From: Octopus sinensis
Taxonomy: Eukaryota
NCBI RefSeq assembly: GCF_006345805.1
Contig: NC_043007.1
Span: forward strand, 26,412,001 to 26,476,000
DNA length: 64,000 bases
Direction: 5' to 3'
Positions 25,010 to 39,230 of the stretch are shown piece after piece. Positions within the stretch are counted from its first letter, which is position 1. Every line of letters starts with the position of its first letter. Under the pieces are notes generated by a model, which saw nothing but the letters and a program-made list of their open reading frames with translations, was not told where the DNA came from and ran no database searches. The translations under genes and the position numbers were made by a program.

Positions 25010-25287
25010 ATTATATACATATCTATATATGTGTGTGAGTGTTTGTGTGTGTTTGTGTGTACATATTTGTAATTATGTATGTATATATCTACCTGTCTGT
25101 CTGTCTATCTATCTATATATATATATCTGAGTGTATGTGCGTATGTTGTGCATATATATAATATATATATGTATATATATAAAATAACAAAATAATAAAT
25201 AAAACATATGCATATATACATACATATATGTACATACCTACATCTATATGTTTATATACATGCTTATATGGGTACAGGACACCAAAT

Positions 25288-25327
<40 letters not shown>

Positions 25328-25344
25328 ATATTGATATACATATA

Positions 25345-25382
<38 letters not shown>

Positions 25383-25979
25383 TTGTGTGCGTGGGTGTGT
25401 ATATATATATGTGTGTATATTAGGCGCGTATACTCTAATAACATTTAAGACAAATTCGTTTCGCTAAATCACTATTTGAATTCTCAATCTCCTAGTTTGT
25501 TCCAGTAATCAGTACAACCCAATTTTCAAACACAACCGTTTGTGATTCATCCATGCCCTTGGGAAATTGTAGTGAAATATTGCGTTAATTTACACAATGT
25601 TTTACTAAGCATTCAGAATTGGAAATATTTGCTTTCTCTTTGCCATCAAAGATATTCTAGAATAGTATTCGCTTTAGTTTATTTTCTGTATGTAGTAATT
25701 CCCTTAGAACGCATTTTAAAAAAAAGATGCGAGCATGGATGCCTGCATTTTTCTGTGAATGTGTGTGATGTGGTTGAATTTATTAATATGTTTTGTGAGG
25801 TACGTTTGCTTGAATATATACGTAGATGTGTTCGCAGAGACACACGCACTCACACACACAAAGACACACACAAAGACACACGTAGAGACAAATACACGCA
25901 GTTGTATATGATGGACTATTTATCAGTTTGTTTGTCAATTACACACAGATCTCTCTTTTCTTTCTCTCACTCTTCAACA

Positions 25980-26067
<88 letters not shown>

Positions 26068-26125
26068 ATCTTTCTCGCGCGCTCTCTCTAAATATATATA
26101 TATACACACATACATGTGTATATAC

Positions 26126-26161
<36 letters not shown>

Positions 26162-26213
26162 ATACACGTACATATATATTCATATATATATGTATATATG
26201 TATATATATATAT

Positions 26214-26760
26214 AAGAAATACTAAATTTCCATATCTCTCGTAGAGACATGTACGGTGGTGGGGCGATAGAATGGTTGTATACTGTCAATCTAACACGAA
26301 CGTGACAGTACGGGGGTACACCACCGCTGTATAGCCCTAGGAAGCATCGACGCCTCCTGATGGCTTTGACACATTTTTCCCTGTGTGCTTATATACATTT
26401 ACGAAAGGGAGACAAACACCCCCGGCCGCCGGAGTTGCATCTAGGGACACGTGTTTCAGGATCATTGTCCTTCATCGGCCTAGAGTAGCAGATACCGGTC
26501 AGCTGGCGATATTTGTCTCGACTTCGTATTGAATATATATCTATAATTCAGTGAAGTCTATTCACTGATTATCAAAATAAGAAATACTAAATTTCTAAAT
26601 CTCTCGTAGAGACATGTACGGTGGTGGGGCGATAGAATGGTTGTATACTGTCAATCTATACTGTCAATGGTTGTATACTGTCAATCCTAGGGCTATACAG
26701 CGGCCGTGTACCCCCCTACTGTCACGTTCGTGTTAGATTGACAGTATACAACCATTCTAT
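26214..26760. mobile_element. Subterminal-inverted-repeat element with duplicated left end, in (TA)n
   Basis: ~76-bp inverted repeats at ~26266-26342 and ~26685-26760. The left end (26214-26293) is repeated at ~26579-26658. Related to 57815-58039. Confidence 0.75.
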
Positions 26761-26914
26761 ATATATATATATATATATATAACATACATACATACTTACA
26801 TACATAAATACATACATTCATACATACATATTACATACTTATATATATATGTTCGTATGTATGTTTCTATCTTTCTATCTATCTTGCTATACGTAATGTT
26901 GCTGTTTGTTCCTT

Positions 26915-27195
26915 CTCGAGCCATGCCTGGCTCATAAGGTCCGGTTTCCCAGTTTCCTTGGCGTATAGGGTCCCTACCTGGGCGGGACGCCGGTCTGTCG
27001 CAGGTGAGCTGCAAGATGCAGGAGGAAAGAGCGAGAGAATCTTGTGGTGAAGGAGTCGGCTGAAGTTCGCCATTACCTTCTGCCGGGGCCGCGTGGAGCT
27101 TAGGTGTTTCACTCATAAACACGCACATCGCCCGGTTTGAGATTCGAATCCGCGATCCCTCGACCGCGCGTCCGCTGCTCTAACCACTAGGCCAT
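26915..27195 (-). mobile_element. tRNA-derived SINE, family B-related
   Basis: Minus-strand head ..TGGCCTAGTGGTTAGAGCAGCGGAC..GGATTCGAATCTC; body and tail similar to 43740-43990. Confidence 0.7.
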
Positions 27196-27354
27196 GATAT
27201 GTAACATAGGTTTATATAAATGCTCACTAGTTGTTGCCTGCAATCCTACAAGTTTTGCACATTAGCAACAGGACTCTTAGCTTCTGTGTGACAGTAGACT
27301 TAAAGACACATTTACTAAAGAAACGTTACACATATATGTGTGTATATTTGCGTA

Positions 27355-27420
<66 letters not shown>

Positions 27421-27664
27421 TGTGTTTATGTTTCCATATACGTACATAAAATTTAATGACTGAATGTATTAATTATTTGATTAAGTGAAAATACCTGCTA
27501 ACACAGTCTGTGACTTTATCGGTGATAATGTTCACACTGTACATTCTTCACATTGCCTCATGGCCTTCTAAATCAACGATCGTTGCTGAGAGAATAGTTG
27601 TGGGTTTCTGTTCTGCTATTAATATGAAGCTTGTGCGTATACGTATGAGGGTATATATATATAT

Positions 27665-27845
27665 ACGAGGGGCTTCATTCAGTTTCTCCGACAGGTTTGC
27701 TTCAGTTTCAGTCTACCAGATTCGATCACAAGATTTGGCCGACCCGAAGCTATAGTTGAAGACATTTTCCCCTAAGTTGCCATATAAGGGCAATGAACCT
27801 GGAACCTCGTACTTGGGAAGCAAGCTTCTTACCACATATCCACGC
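27665..27845 (-). mobile_element. Degenerate family C SINE head
   Basis: TTCAGTTTCAGTCTACCAGATT..CCGACCCGAAGCTATAG..GAAGCAAGCTTCTTACCACA. Confidence 0.6.
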
Positions 27846-28534
27846 CTGTTTTTCACAAGTTTGTGATAACCGTTGGCCGCAAACCTTTTTCAGGAAGACC
27901 TAACGATTTTGTTTTTAGATGTATTAATTTCCTTTTTTTGTTAGGGCAGAATTTGAACTCAGAATGCGCAAAAGTAGGGACAGATACTGCAAGACATCCC
28001 ATCCGACAATCTAATAATTCTGCCATTCTTCTATCCTGGACTGCCCGACCTCATCTTTTTTACTGAAGTAGATCCCGAAATGATAACAGGGAAATTTTCA
28101 CCCTGCTGAGATTTGAACTCTGGACACAGAAAGTCAGAATGAATACTGCGAGATATTCTATTATGCACTCTAACCAATCTGCCAGTTCACCGCTTTATTA
28201 ATATACTCTATAAGTGAAATATTGATTTTTGTGTGATAGATTCGATCTGCCGCGCGTTTTAACATTACCATCGCTTGACCCTTGGGTGTCTTTAGTCGAG
28301 TCTACGCTTTTTGAATCACTCGTGCCTGGTCTCCCGAAAGGGATTAGCATTATTCCTTCCTCCCGCTTCTGTTGAAGGCTCTGAAATAGGTCATGGTCAC
28401 TGCCTATCTTCTCTGACTCAGCCATCAAAGAATAAAAATAAACGAAAATAAAGATAACAAAACGTGTAAATGATTTCGAATTCGATAACAGAATTATTTC
28501 TTTAAAAAAAGACTAAAAAACAAATTGAGAGAGA

Positions 28535-28535
28535 T

Positions 28536-28602
<67 letters not shown>

Positions 28603-28721
28603 GTAGACTGATAGACAGGCAGATAGATATGTAAATAGACAGACAGACATATAGATAGATAGAAGGACAGAGAGACAGACAAACAGATAGATAGATAAAT
28701 AGATAGATAGACGGATGGATG

Positions 28722-28776
<55 letters not shown>

Positions 28777-28805
28777 GAATAGATGGAGAGATAGATAGAC
28801 AGACA
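28535..28805. repeat. (GATA)n/(GACA)n microsatellite
   Basis: Direct inspection. Confidence 0.95.
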
Positions 28806-30291
28806 GAATGAAGGTATAAAGAAATAGAAAAAATGAAACGGGAAAAAAGGACTTTTAAATGTGGGTGGTCATTATAAACCTCGGAGTTATTGAGAATAAT
28901 TATATGTATCAGAGGTTGAAGCAATCAACAATGACAGCTTCTCACACCATTAACCGACTGCAACATCTGTATTTTCCATTTCATTTGCACGACATAAATG
29001 AAATTCACGAAATAATATTAAATCTTTCTTATTTATTTATATATTTATTTATTTATTTATTTAAGAATTTTTTTCTTTCACTATTTATTTCACAACACGT
29101 GTAATTATAGCGCTGCTTGTCAGATACAAGGCCACAGATATCAGGGAGGGAAAAATATATTCGCCTATATCGATCTCCGATATTAAACTAATACCTATTT
29201 TATCGATTCCATGTTTGGCGGTCGATCGGCAAAGTCGTTAGTGCGTTAGATAAAATGCGTTTACGATATTTGTTCCGGTTCTCTGCATTCCTAGTTCAAA
29301 TCCCGTTGAGGTCAACTGTACTTTTCGTCCTTTCAAAGGTCTACAAAGAAAATACCAGCCGAGTGAAGGCGCAACTGTATCTCGTTCCAGCTGTCACAGT
29401 CAGGAGGTAGTGCCAGGATGTGTATGTCCTCTCGCTATCATATACGCACCTGAGACAATTAGGAGAAACAAGGCACCTATTGCTAAATAATCTACGATTA
29501 TTTGTGATAATCCTTGAGATTATTTCGTCAAATCTATCGGGATGGAAATCAATGAAACATGTAAATATAATAAAACACACACACAAAAAAAACCCCAGAA
29601 AACTGGCATGTATCTAAAGATGCTTAGCACGGCTACCCTTAACAACTTCCAGAGATCCATAGTCCGGCAGTGCTATCTGACGTAGGGCGAAGGATACGTC
29701 GGAAGTGCATGGAAATGCCATGAGCTTGACTTATTTGGTATTTATGAAAAGCTTTAAAACTGTTGTGTTCCTTTCTGTGTCCAAACTTTGCTATGGAATT
29801 TATCAAACAGCATTTTTTATTTTTCGCGACTTGGAAAGATTTAGCCAGGAAAACAGGTAGTTACTCTCGGTTTGACGAATATGGAGAAATAAATTTTTAT
29901 AACGAACAGCGTAGAAGTCATTACATTCTTATCCCAAGACTTCATCAATCATTTGAGGTTCAATTAAGAGAGAAAGATAAAGTTGAAGAAGAATTCGAGG
30001 CATTGCAGTAAATTTTTTTAAAGGAAAGTGAGAAAGGAAAGTAGGACACGAGTCGTTTCTACTCTAGGCACAAGGCAGGAAATTTTGTGATAGGGCGAGG
30101 GGCCAGTCGATTAGATCGACCCAAGTACGTAACTTGTACTTAAATCGGGGTCGATAAAATAAAGCATTTGACTGATAATTTAGCAGTCAAATACTGACCG
30201 CGATGTAAATGATTTGAATTACCCCATCCTTAAAAGTATTGACATTTACGGAAATATAAAACGAACGTTATCAATATTAGAACGATGTAAA

Positions 30292-30695
30292 GAGGCGAAC
30301 AGGCAGAATCGTTAGCACCCCGGGTAAAATACTTAGCGGTACTTCATCTGCCGTTACGTTCTGAGTTCAAATTCCGCCGAGGTCGACTTTGCCTTTCATC
30401 CTTTCGGGATCGATTAAATAAATACCAGTTACGCACTGGGGTTGATATAATCGACTTAATATGTTTGTCTGTCCTTGTTTGTCCTCTCTGTGTTTAGCCC
30501 ATTGTGGGTAATAAAGAAATAGGTACTTCGTCCGTCTTTACGTTTTCAGTTCAGATTCTGTCGTGATCGACTTTGCCTTTTTTCTTTTGGGAGTTCGATA
30601 AAATAAGTACCACTGGAGTACTGTGGTCGATGTAATCGACTGACCCCTCCTATCGAACTTGCTAGCTATGTTCCAAAATTTGAAGCCAATATTAG
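30292..30695 (+). mobile_element. Nested SINEs: family A body/tail inside an older related SINE
   Basis: GGTACTTC at 30338-30345 and 30522-30529 brackets the inner unit. Further degenerate SINE bodies follow to ~31130. Confidence 0.75.
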
Positions 30696-31702
30696 AGGGG
30701 TGAAAGTTTGCGATCTAGCGGAATCTTTCCAGCTTCAAGCAAAACGTTTAGCGGCACTTGTTTCGACTTTACGTTCTGAGTCCAAATATAGGGGGATCGA
30801 ATTTGCCTTTCACTTTTTCGCCATCGAAGAAATAAGCCCCAGTAGCACTGGGCTCAATGAAATCGGCTTAACCATTTCCCCCAAAATTCCTCGCATTATG
30901 TCAAAATTTGAAACTGATGTTAAAGCAGTGAACTAACAGATTGTCGGAAAAGTTAATCTGCAGTATTTGTTCAGTCCCTTTAATTTCTGAGTTCAGTTCT
31001 CGCTGGGGTCAACTTTACTCTTCATGGTTTCGAGTTGGTAAAATAAATTACTATTAAAGTAGTGGAGTCTACGGCATTAACTTTCTCCGCTCCTCCTACC
31101 AGGATCACTGGCCTTGTGCCAAAATGTTAAGCTATTATTTCATAGAAACATTGAGGTTCACATTTAAGTACCAAGGAGATACTTAAAAATAAAAAATCCC
31201 AATGATTGGTCTGTTATTATTTTCATTAGTCTGGTTTATTTGAATGTTTGGAACAAATCCCCATTTCTAGTATAGCAGACACCTAATAGGGCAGAACAGA
31301 CGATGCTTGTTCACACAGCATATCAGGGATATTTTCTGGCATTGATTTCCGATATATAAAATCAACAACGATAGGAGAAAAAAAAAACAACACGTATCAA
31401 CATAAGGACAAAAACAACAACGAAAACAACAGAAAAGAACAGCATTAAAATCAATAAGGGCAACAACAACAACAACAATAACAACAACAAGGAAAGCAAC
31501 AGAAGTAATAACAGAAAATCGATAAGGGAAAATATGATCATCTTTCTTTCATATAACAATATAACAAACCAATGTACCACACATACATTCGAAGGAAAGA
31601 CAGACGCAGCCCAATAGTTTATGAATGATATTAATTTCTTTGAAATGATGTTGCTTTCAGCCAAAGAAAACATGACCACCAAAATAAAAAAAGAAGAAAA
31701 AA

Positions 31703-31873
31703 GGCGTAGGAGTGGCTGTGTGGTAAGTAGGTTGCTTACGAACCACATGGTTCCGGATTCAGTCCCCTTGCGTGGCACCTTGGGTAGGTCTCTTCTACTA
31801 TAGCTTCGGCCCAACCAAATCTTTGTGAGTCGATTTGATTGACGGAAACTGAAGGAAGCCCGTTGTATATATG

Positions 31874-31904
<31 letters not shown>

Positions 31905-32024
31905 ATATATCACGTGATCACGTGACCGACCAGACCATCAGATATTGTTACACATCGCTGGTCACGATGCGTTCGCATTGTTTTAGCCTTCGAATGACGC
32001 CACCCCGCTGGCTAAGCGAGCAGG

Positions 32025-32087
<63 letters not shown>

Positions 32088-32327
32088 TGTATGTATGTAT
32101 GTATATGTGTATATGTTTGTGTGTTTGTATTTGTCCCTCCAACATCGCTTGACAACCGATGCTGGTGTGTTTACATAACCGTAACTTAGCGGTTCGGCAA
32201 AAGAGATCCGATAGAATAAGTTCTAGGCTTACAAAGAATAAGTCCTGGAGTCGAATTGCTCGACTAAATGCGGTGCTCCAGCATGGCCACAGTCACATGA
32301 CTGAAACAAGTAAGAGAGTAAAAGAGT
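31703..32327 (+). mobile_element. Family C SINE with a nested inverted SINE-tail fragment (31909-32026)
   Basis: Head and tail are collinear with 3944-4345. The insert is the reverse complement of ~48905-49020. Confidence 0.85.
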
Positions 32328-33304
32328 ATCATTCCTTATAATGATATATTTTGCACAGACAAAAAAGGCACTGCATCATTCTAAGCGTAGCCTTCAATGA
32401 TGTGTGTAAACTTCTAGCTATATAAACAACATGGCGTGGTGGCAGCCACCCGCAGCGTGATGTTAAAATGGCAACGTATATGTGACGTTAAAGGAACAGC
32501 GTGATTGTCACCAGCGTATCTCCACGTACAGACGATTCCAGATTTATGATTATGCTAGATACCCACAGGGAAATAAGTGAGATGAAGTTCGCCCTACCAA
32601 ACCCACTGCTGTAGTGAACATGGAGAGCAACAGAGAACGATTTTGAGTTGCTCCGGAAGAAGTTCTGTGGCAGAGCAGATTAATTTTCTACCAGAAGTGG
32701 AGGTAAATACCCGTAGTTGTGAGAGTTAGAAAGGCTAAGCGCAATATACCAGCCTAGTTCATTCTACTCTCTAGTGAAAAGGGTGAGTTTGGAGATCAGA
32801 CAAAAACGCTGATATAAGCACCAAAAGCTGTGGTAATTGCAAGGTAAGGCAGCAGTTGTAACCATCACAAGTATAACAACGAAACTAAAATATTTTTCTG
32901 TACATATACATACACAAAGATGTTCAAGGAGACGTTTCTCCACCACCAACACCAGCCGAACATTTTCAAATATTGACAAACACTGCCATCCTTGCCTAGA
33001 GTCAAACAGAATGAACTCTCTCCACGCGTTATAGAAGATTTGTTGTTTGTCCATGTTCACATATCACATGCGGACAGTCTAATCGATAGCTGTCAGACAG
33101 TCTGGGTTCCAATTTGTCTGCCCACTGGTCAGCTATGCTTTTCATGCTTCCCAGATTTACTAAATATAGTGCAAATGATGAACTGTAATACATTTAATCG
33201 ACAAACCCAAATTTCTGACCTTGCATCTCTGTGACAAGAAATCATTATTTTTCGAGGAATCCTTCGAGCGCCGGATAAATTGTCCGGCGGTATTTGTACC
33301 GATT

Positions 33305-33540
33305 AGAAGGCGGCGAGCTGGCAGAAACGTTAAGCACGCCGGGCGAAATGCGTAGCCGTATTTCGCCTGCCGTTACCTTCTGAGTTCAAATTCCGCCGAG
33401 GTCGATTTGCCTTTCATCCTTTCGGGGTCGATAAATTAAGTACCAGTTACGCACTGGGGTCGATGTAATTGACTTAATCCGTTTGTCTGTCCTTGTTTGT
33501 CCCCTCTGTGTGTAGCCCCTTGTGGGTTGTAAAGAAATAA
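33305..33540 (+). mobile_element. Full-length family A SINE inserted in an old SINE head
   Basis: TSD GTATTTGTACC(G/A)ATT at 33290-33304 and 33541-33555; the host continues ..GAGTTCTGAGTTCAAATTCC. Confidence 0.9.
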
Positions 33541-33899
33541 GTATTTGTACCAATTATTTCCCTTAGAGTTCTGAGTTCAAATTCCTCTCGGATTAGCATT
33601 TCTTTTATTCCATCCGATCGATAAAAGAAAACACTAATCTAGGAGTGAAGTCGATTCAACAGAATTAAAATACCCATTTCCAATTCCTTTTGTGTCCTTG
33701 CGCCTCTATAAGAAAATTACTTTTGCGAAATCATCACAACATCGTATGAAATACCAAGAGGTATTTTACAGCTCTTTATAACCTCAGTGTAAATATAACT
33801 GAGGTCAATAAAATGAAGTGTCATTAAGGTTCTGTGTCAGTGTAAATCCTCAATTTTTATTCCTACAAAATTTATGGCCTGGTGCCCAAGGTAGAAATG

Positions 33900-34104
33900 A
33901 AGATAGTTATTATTATTTTCATTATTATTTTTAACCCTATCCTTCTTATTCATGATGTTGTTGTTGTTGCTTTTCTTCTTCATTCTTCTTTTTCTTCTTT
34001 TTCTTCTCTTCCTCCTCATTCTTCTTCCTCTTTTCTTCTCTTTCTTCTTTTACTTTTTCTTCGTCTTCTTTTTCTTCCTCTTCTTCCCGCTTCTTCTTCT
34101 TCTT

Positions 34105-34135
<31 letters not shown>

Positions 34136-34162
34136 TTATCATCATCATCATCATCATCATCA

Positions 34163-34218
<56 letters not shown>

Positions 34219-34225
34219 GTTGTTA

Positions 34226-34270
<45 letters not shown>

Positions 34271-34723
34271 GAATGCAAAATTTGAGCTTCAATTTCAGCG
34301 TGCCAACGATTATTAAAATTTATATATATTTATTTCCCTCCCCCCTAATGATTGGTCTGTTATTATTTTCATTAGTCTGATTTATTTGAATGCAGGGAGC
34401 AAATCCCCTATTTCCAGTATTACAGACACCTAATAGGGCAGAACACTGGAATGCCTGTTCACACTGCATATCAGGGACGCTTTCTGGCATCGATTTCCGA
34501 TGTGCAGCAAAAACAACAAGAACAACAACAACAACTACAACAACAACAAAAAACAGCATCAACAAGGTCAACAATATCACCAACAGGATCATATTATTAA
34601 TAAAGATAAGAAAAAAAAATTATCACAACCACAAAAAAAAAATAAGGAGACCAAGCAAAAAAAAAAAGGTTGAAAAAAGTAGATGACGATGAAGACGGCG
34701 ACGACGATGGTGATGATGATGAA

Positions 34724-34759
<36 letters not shown>

Positions 34760-34803
34760 GATGATGATGATGATCATGATCATGATGTGATGATGATGAT
34801 GAA

Positions 34804-34857
<54 letters not shown>

Positions 34858-34862
34858 GGTGG

Positions 34863-34903
<41 letters not shown>

Positions 34904-34950
34904 GTGGTGATGATGATGATGATAATGACGATGATGATGATGGTGATGAC

Positions 34951-34985
<35 letters not shown>

Positions 34986-34986
34986 C

Positions 34987-35023
<37 letters not shown>

Positions 35024-35401
35024 CTGCTGATGATGATGATGCTGCTGCTGATGATGTTGCTGACTAATATGCCGATGCTGATGATTATGATGTGTTAACT
35101 ATGACTGTGATGATTATGATGATAATTATGATGTTCAATGTGAACAGCAACAACAACAACAACAACAACAACAGCAACAACAGTAGCATGAAACAAAAAC
35201 AAAAGCAAAAAAAAGACACCAGCAAGGAGCAAAATAAGAACAACAGCAAGAAGCACACCTCTCACAACAATAAAGTCAAGACCACCATATCCATAACAAC
35301 AACAGCAACGTCGACGGTGACAACAACTTTAAATCCTTTCTAGGTATGAATTACAATTTCTAGAACCTTTTTTATTTGTATACATATTTGTAGAAGTTGT
35401 G

Positions 35402-35444
<43 letters not shown>

Positions 35445-35450
35445 CAGTAG
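33900..35450. repeat. Mosaic trinucleotide field: (TCT)n,(CAT)n,(TAT)n,(AAC)n,(GAT)n,(GTA)n
   Basis: Direct inspection. Confidence 0.9.
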
Positions 35451-35553
35451 TCTACTGTGAAATTAAATAAGAATAACAGACAAAACATCAACATTTACAC
35501 TTCCATTTCCATTTGCTGCACAATTTAATGGTATATTTAACAAAACACTCCAA

Positions 35554-35602
<49 letters not shown>

Positions 35603-36048
35603 ATATATATAGTATGTATGTATATATATATGTATATATATATATATATGTATATAATATATATATATAATATATATATATATATTATATATATATTATA
35701 TATATATGTATGTATGTATGTGTGTGTGTGTCCATATGGATGAAGTAGAGGCACACGGATGAACGAGGTTAATAAGAGGTTGGACGGAATGTAGTTTGAA
35801 AAACAAACAAAAGCAAAAAAAAATCTGCAATAAAATCACTGTTATATAAAAAATATATATAATAAGGACGAGCAGGTGTGTATGTTTGCAATATATGCAT
35901 TTATGTATGTGTGTGTACATATATATTGTGTGTGTGTGTGTGTGTGTGTGAGTGTGAGCCTGTGTGTGTATAAACTTACACAAGCACAATCACACTTGGA
36001 TATACAAAAACATAGATATAAACATATAACTATGTGTTATACCTATAT

Positions 36049-36087
<39 letters not shown>

Positions 36088-36455
36088 AACACACACACAT
36101 ATATATATATATATATATGACGTATACCCCATGTACACACATGACGCGTACCCAATTTCCCATGATATAAATCATTAACGCAACGAAGGCGGGTGGATTG
36201 TCTCAGGATCGGGAGATCGTCGAACGAATGGCTATCACTGTATAGTTACACCTCATTTACCTTCGTTCTGAATTAAAATTCCGGCCGGGTCTATCAAATT
36301 ATAACTAGATATGTGCTGGGGTGGATTTAATTGGCTCTGCCCACCCAAGAAAATTTAAAATTTAATATTCTCATTATTACTACTAAATAGGAATTTTTAA
36401 AAGAATTTTTAGTTATTTGTCATATGCTCTCACTCTCACACACACACGCACACAC

Positions 36456-36488
<33 letters not shown>

Positions 36489-36851
36489 TGTATGTATGTA
36501 TGTATGTATGTATGTATGTATGTATGTGTGTATGTGGGTGTCTTTGTGTGTATGCATCTATATGTATGTATATATAATATATGCATATTTTTGTTCCTAT
36601 ACATATGTGTATGTATATGTTAGCATATTTATGTGTCTCTATGCATATGTATATATGCATATATATATATATATACTTATATATATATATACTTATATAT
36701 GCTTATATATATATATATTTATACACACACACACATATATATATGTGTGTATATATATAGATAGTTAGATATATATATATATATATATATACATCTATAT
36801 ATATATTTATATATATATATATAAATACTTATATACATACACACATACACG

Positions 36852-36951
<100 letters not shown>

Positions 36952-37962
36952 CACAATATTGTTAACATAATAAAACAGAAGTTAATCCATCAACAATAGG
37001 AACTTAATTATATGGAAGCCCGAGTTGGTCCAAAATATAAAATTAGTTAATAAACGTGTGGGTGATACGGAACACAGTAACAAGGTCATTTAAATCCATT
37101 TTAACTGGTGGCGGGGGATTTGTGAAACACGCTGAAGAAATTAATAATTTAATTTGTCTTTAAAATATTTTATTAAATCTGAATACGCTTTCCACAATTG
37201 TCTCGGTTTGGAACAGCATTTCTTGTATAGGACTTGAAATTCTGCAGTGAGTGAAGCCGGAAATTGCCTTCAAACTGCAGAATAAGAATTAATCCAACGG
37301 AAGAGATACTTCTAAAGGCTCTGAGGGACAAAATAGTGGCGTAAAGTACGACGACGGTATCCCGTAAGTACCTATGACACAATTTTGATTAAAGTGTCCA
37401 TAAAGTAAGCTAGACATATATTTATGCTTGGTACTCCGACAGGATAATGTTTTATCTACCGACGCCGAAATGAAGAAAGGCAGCGTCAAGAAGTACTATA
37501 TGCTATGAGATATTTCGGTTAATTTCGGTTAATTCATCGAATAGCAATTGATTCCTAGCAAAAATGCCGAAATGCATTTGATGCTTTCGCTGGCCGCTGC
37601 TGCAACTAATCTAAATTTCTGATATTTATTATGTTTTTAAAACAGGATATTCTAAAGCGATGTCATCTCAGGACAAATACCGCAGTGACAGGTCTATTGA
37701 CAATGTTTATTCGATACCATGTATAATGCATACATCATATATAAATTTAATACCACCTCAATATCGTATTCAGGATTTTTGTACAGCTCGGCGGCTATAC
37801 GCATCATCAGTTAATGCTTTATTCACAGTTACCTATATTAAAGTTGACTCTCGTCAACGTAATCACTAAGCGAATGAGTGGCAGATATTTACTAAAGATT
37901 AGAGGGTAAAATACTTCACAGTATCTTCGTATTTTGTTTTTCTGTAAATTTCAACTAAATAC

Positions 37963-37993
<31 letters not shown>

Positions 37994-37999
37994 TGTATG

Positions 38000-38195
38000 T
38001 ATGTTTGTGTGATTGTGTTTGTCCCCCCGCCTACCATCGCTTGAAAACCAATGCTGGTGTGTTTACGTCCCCGTAAGCAAGCGGTTAGGCAAAAGAGACT
38101 GATGGAATAAGTACTAGGATTACAAAAATAACTCCTGGGGTCGATTTGCTCGACAAAAGGCGGTCAAATGACTGAAACAAGTAAAAGAATAAAAA
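38000..38195 (+). mobile_element. Family C SINE tail half
   Basis: GTGTTTACGTCCCCGTAA..CCTGGGGTCGATTTGCTCGAC..TGACTGAAACAAGTAAAAGA. Confidence 0.8.
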
Positions 38196-38585
38196 CAAAA
38201 ACCAAAAAGAATAAACAAACACATAAAAACATTACTAAGACATTGGACAACTCGAGAATGCTTTAGCAAAAGTGAAGTTTACCAAGTGCCATGCCGTGGG
38301 GGCGAACCTGAAACGACGTTGGTGAAAAGCAAATGTTTTAATAATGCCGCTGCACCCGCAGCATTAAACTGGATAATATTCTATTATATCATATTATCGC
38401 TCATTACAGTTATATTAGAGTTATAACTCTACCGTAAAATTGCTCCTCACCAAATTCATTAAATTAAATTTCAATTTTACATTTTCCATATAATTATGAA
38501 GTTTTCGACTTTTCTTTATTATTTGTTTCGTTTTTTGAATTGTTTCTTAAACTGCACTTCTTTCTCAGCGTCTAAGAGAGCATAT

Positions 38586-38630
<45 letters not shown>

Positions 38631-39005
38631 GGATATTCTTTTGTACATTAGGCAGAAATTGTAAGACAGGGAAATATACATTAGAAAATTGTTAAAATTG
38701 TTAAATTTTTTCACATCTAAAATGCGTTTTTGATTAAATTCCAGAATTTAATATCTTCTTTAACCATCAATAAAAAAGATATTTTATTTCTAACTTAGAA
38801 ATATCAAAATTAACTATAAATTGGTTATTTTTCAAAATTGGCTTGATCGAATTCAGCTATAGTTTAATCATCCTACCCTTGAAATAATACAGATGAGATT
38901 GTAATCTGCGAAACTAATCGAGTCGATGTCAATTCCTAACAAGCAGGGAAATCACGTTTTAGGCGAGGTTCTATGGTTTTCTAATTAGAGATTACTGCTC
39001 ACGAT

Positions 39006-39230
<225 letters not shown>

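Noticed and set aside
29763-30011. 82-aa ORF with protein-like composition
   Set aside because: No recognisable motif, non-ATG start, and no clear splice sites.
32330-33240. Non-repetitive island as an exon or RT remnant
   Set aside because: I found no convincing motif in the frames I read.
33837-35343. Poly-D/M/N/K/Y ORFs
   Set aside because: Trinucleotide microsatellite read-through.
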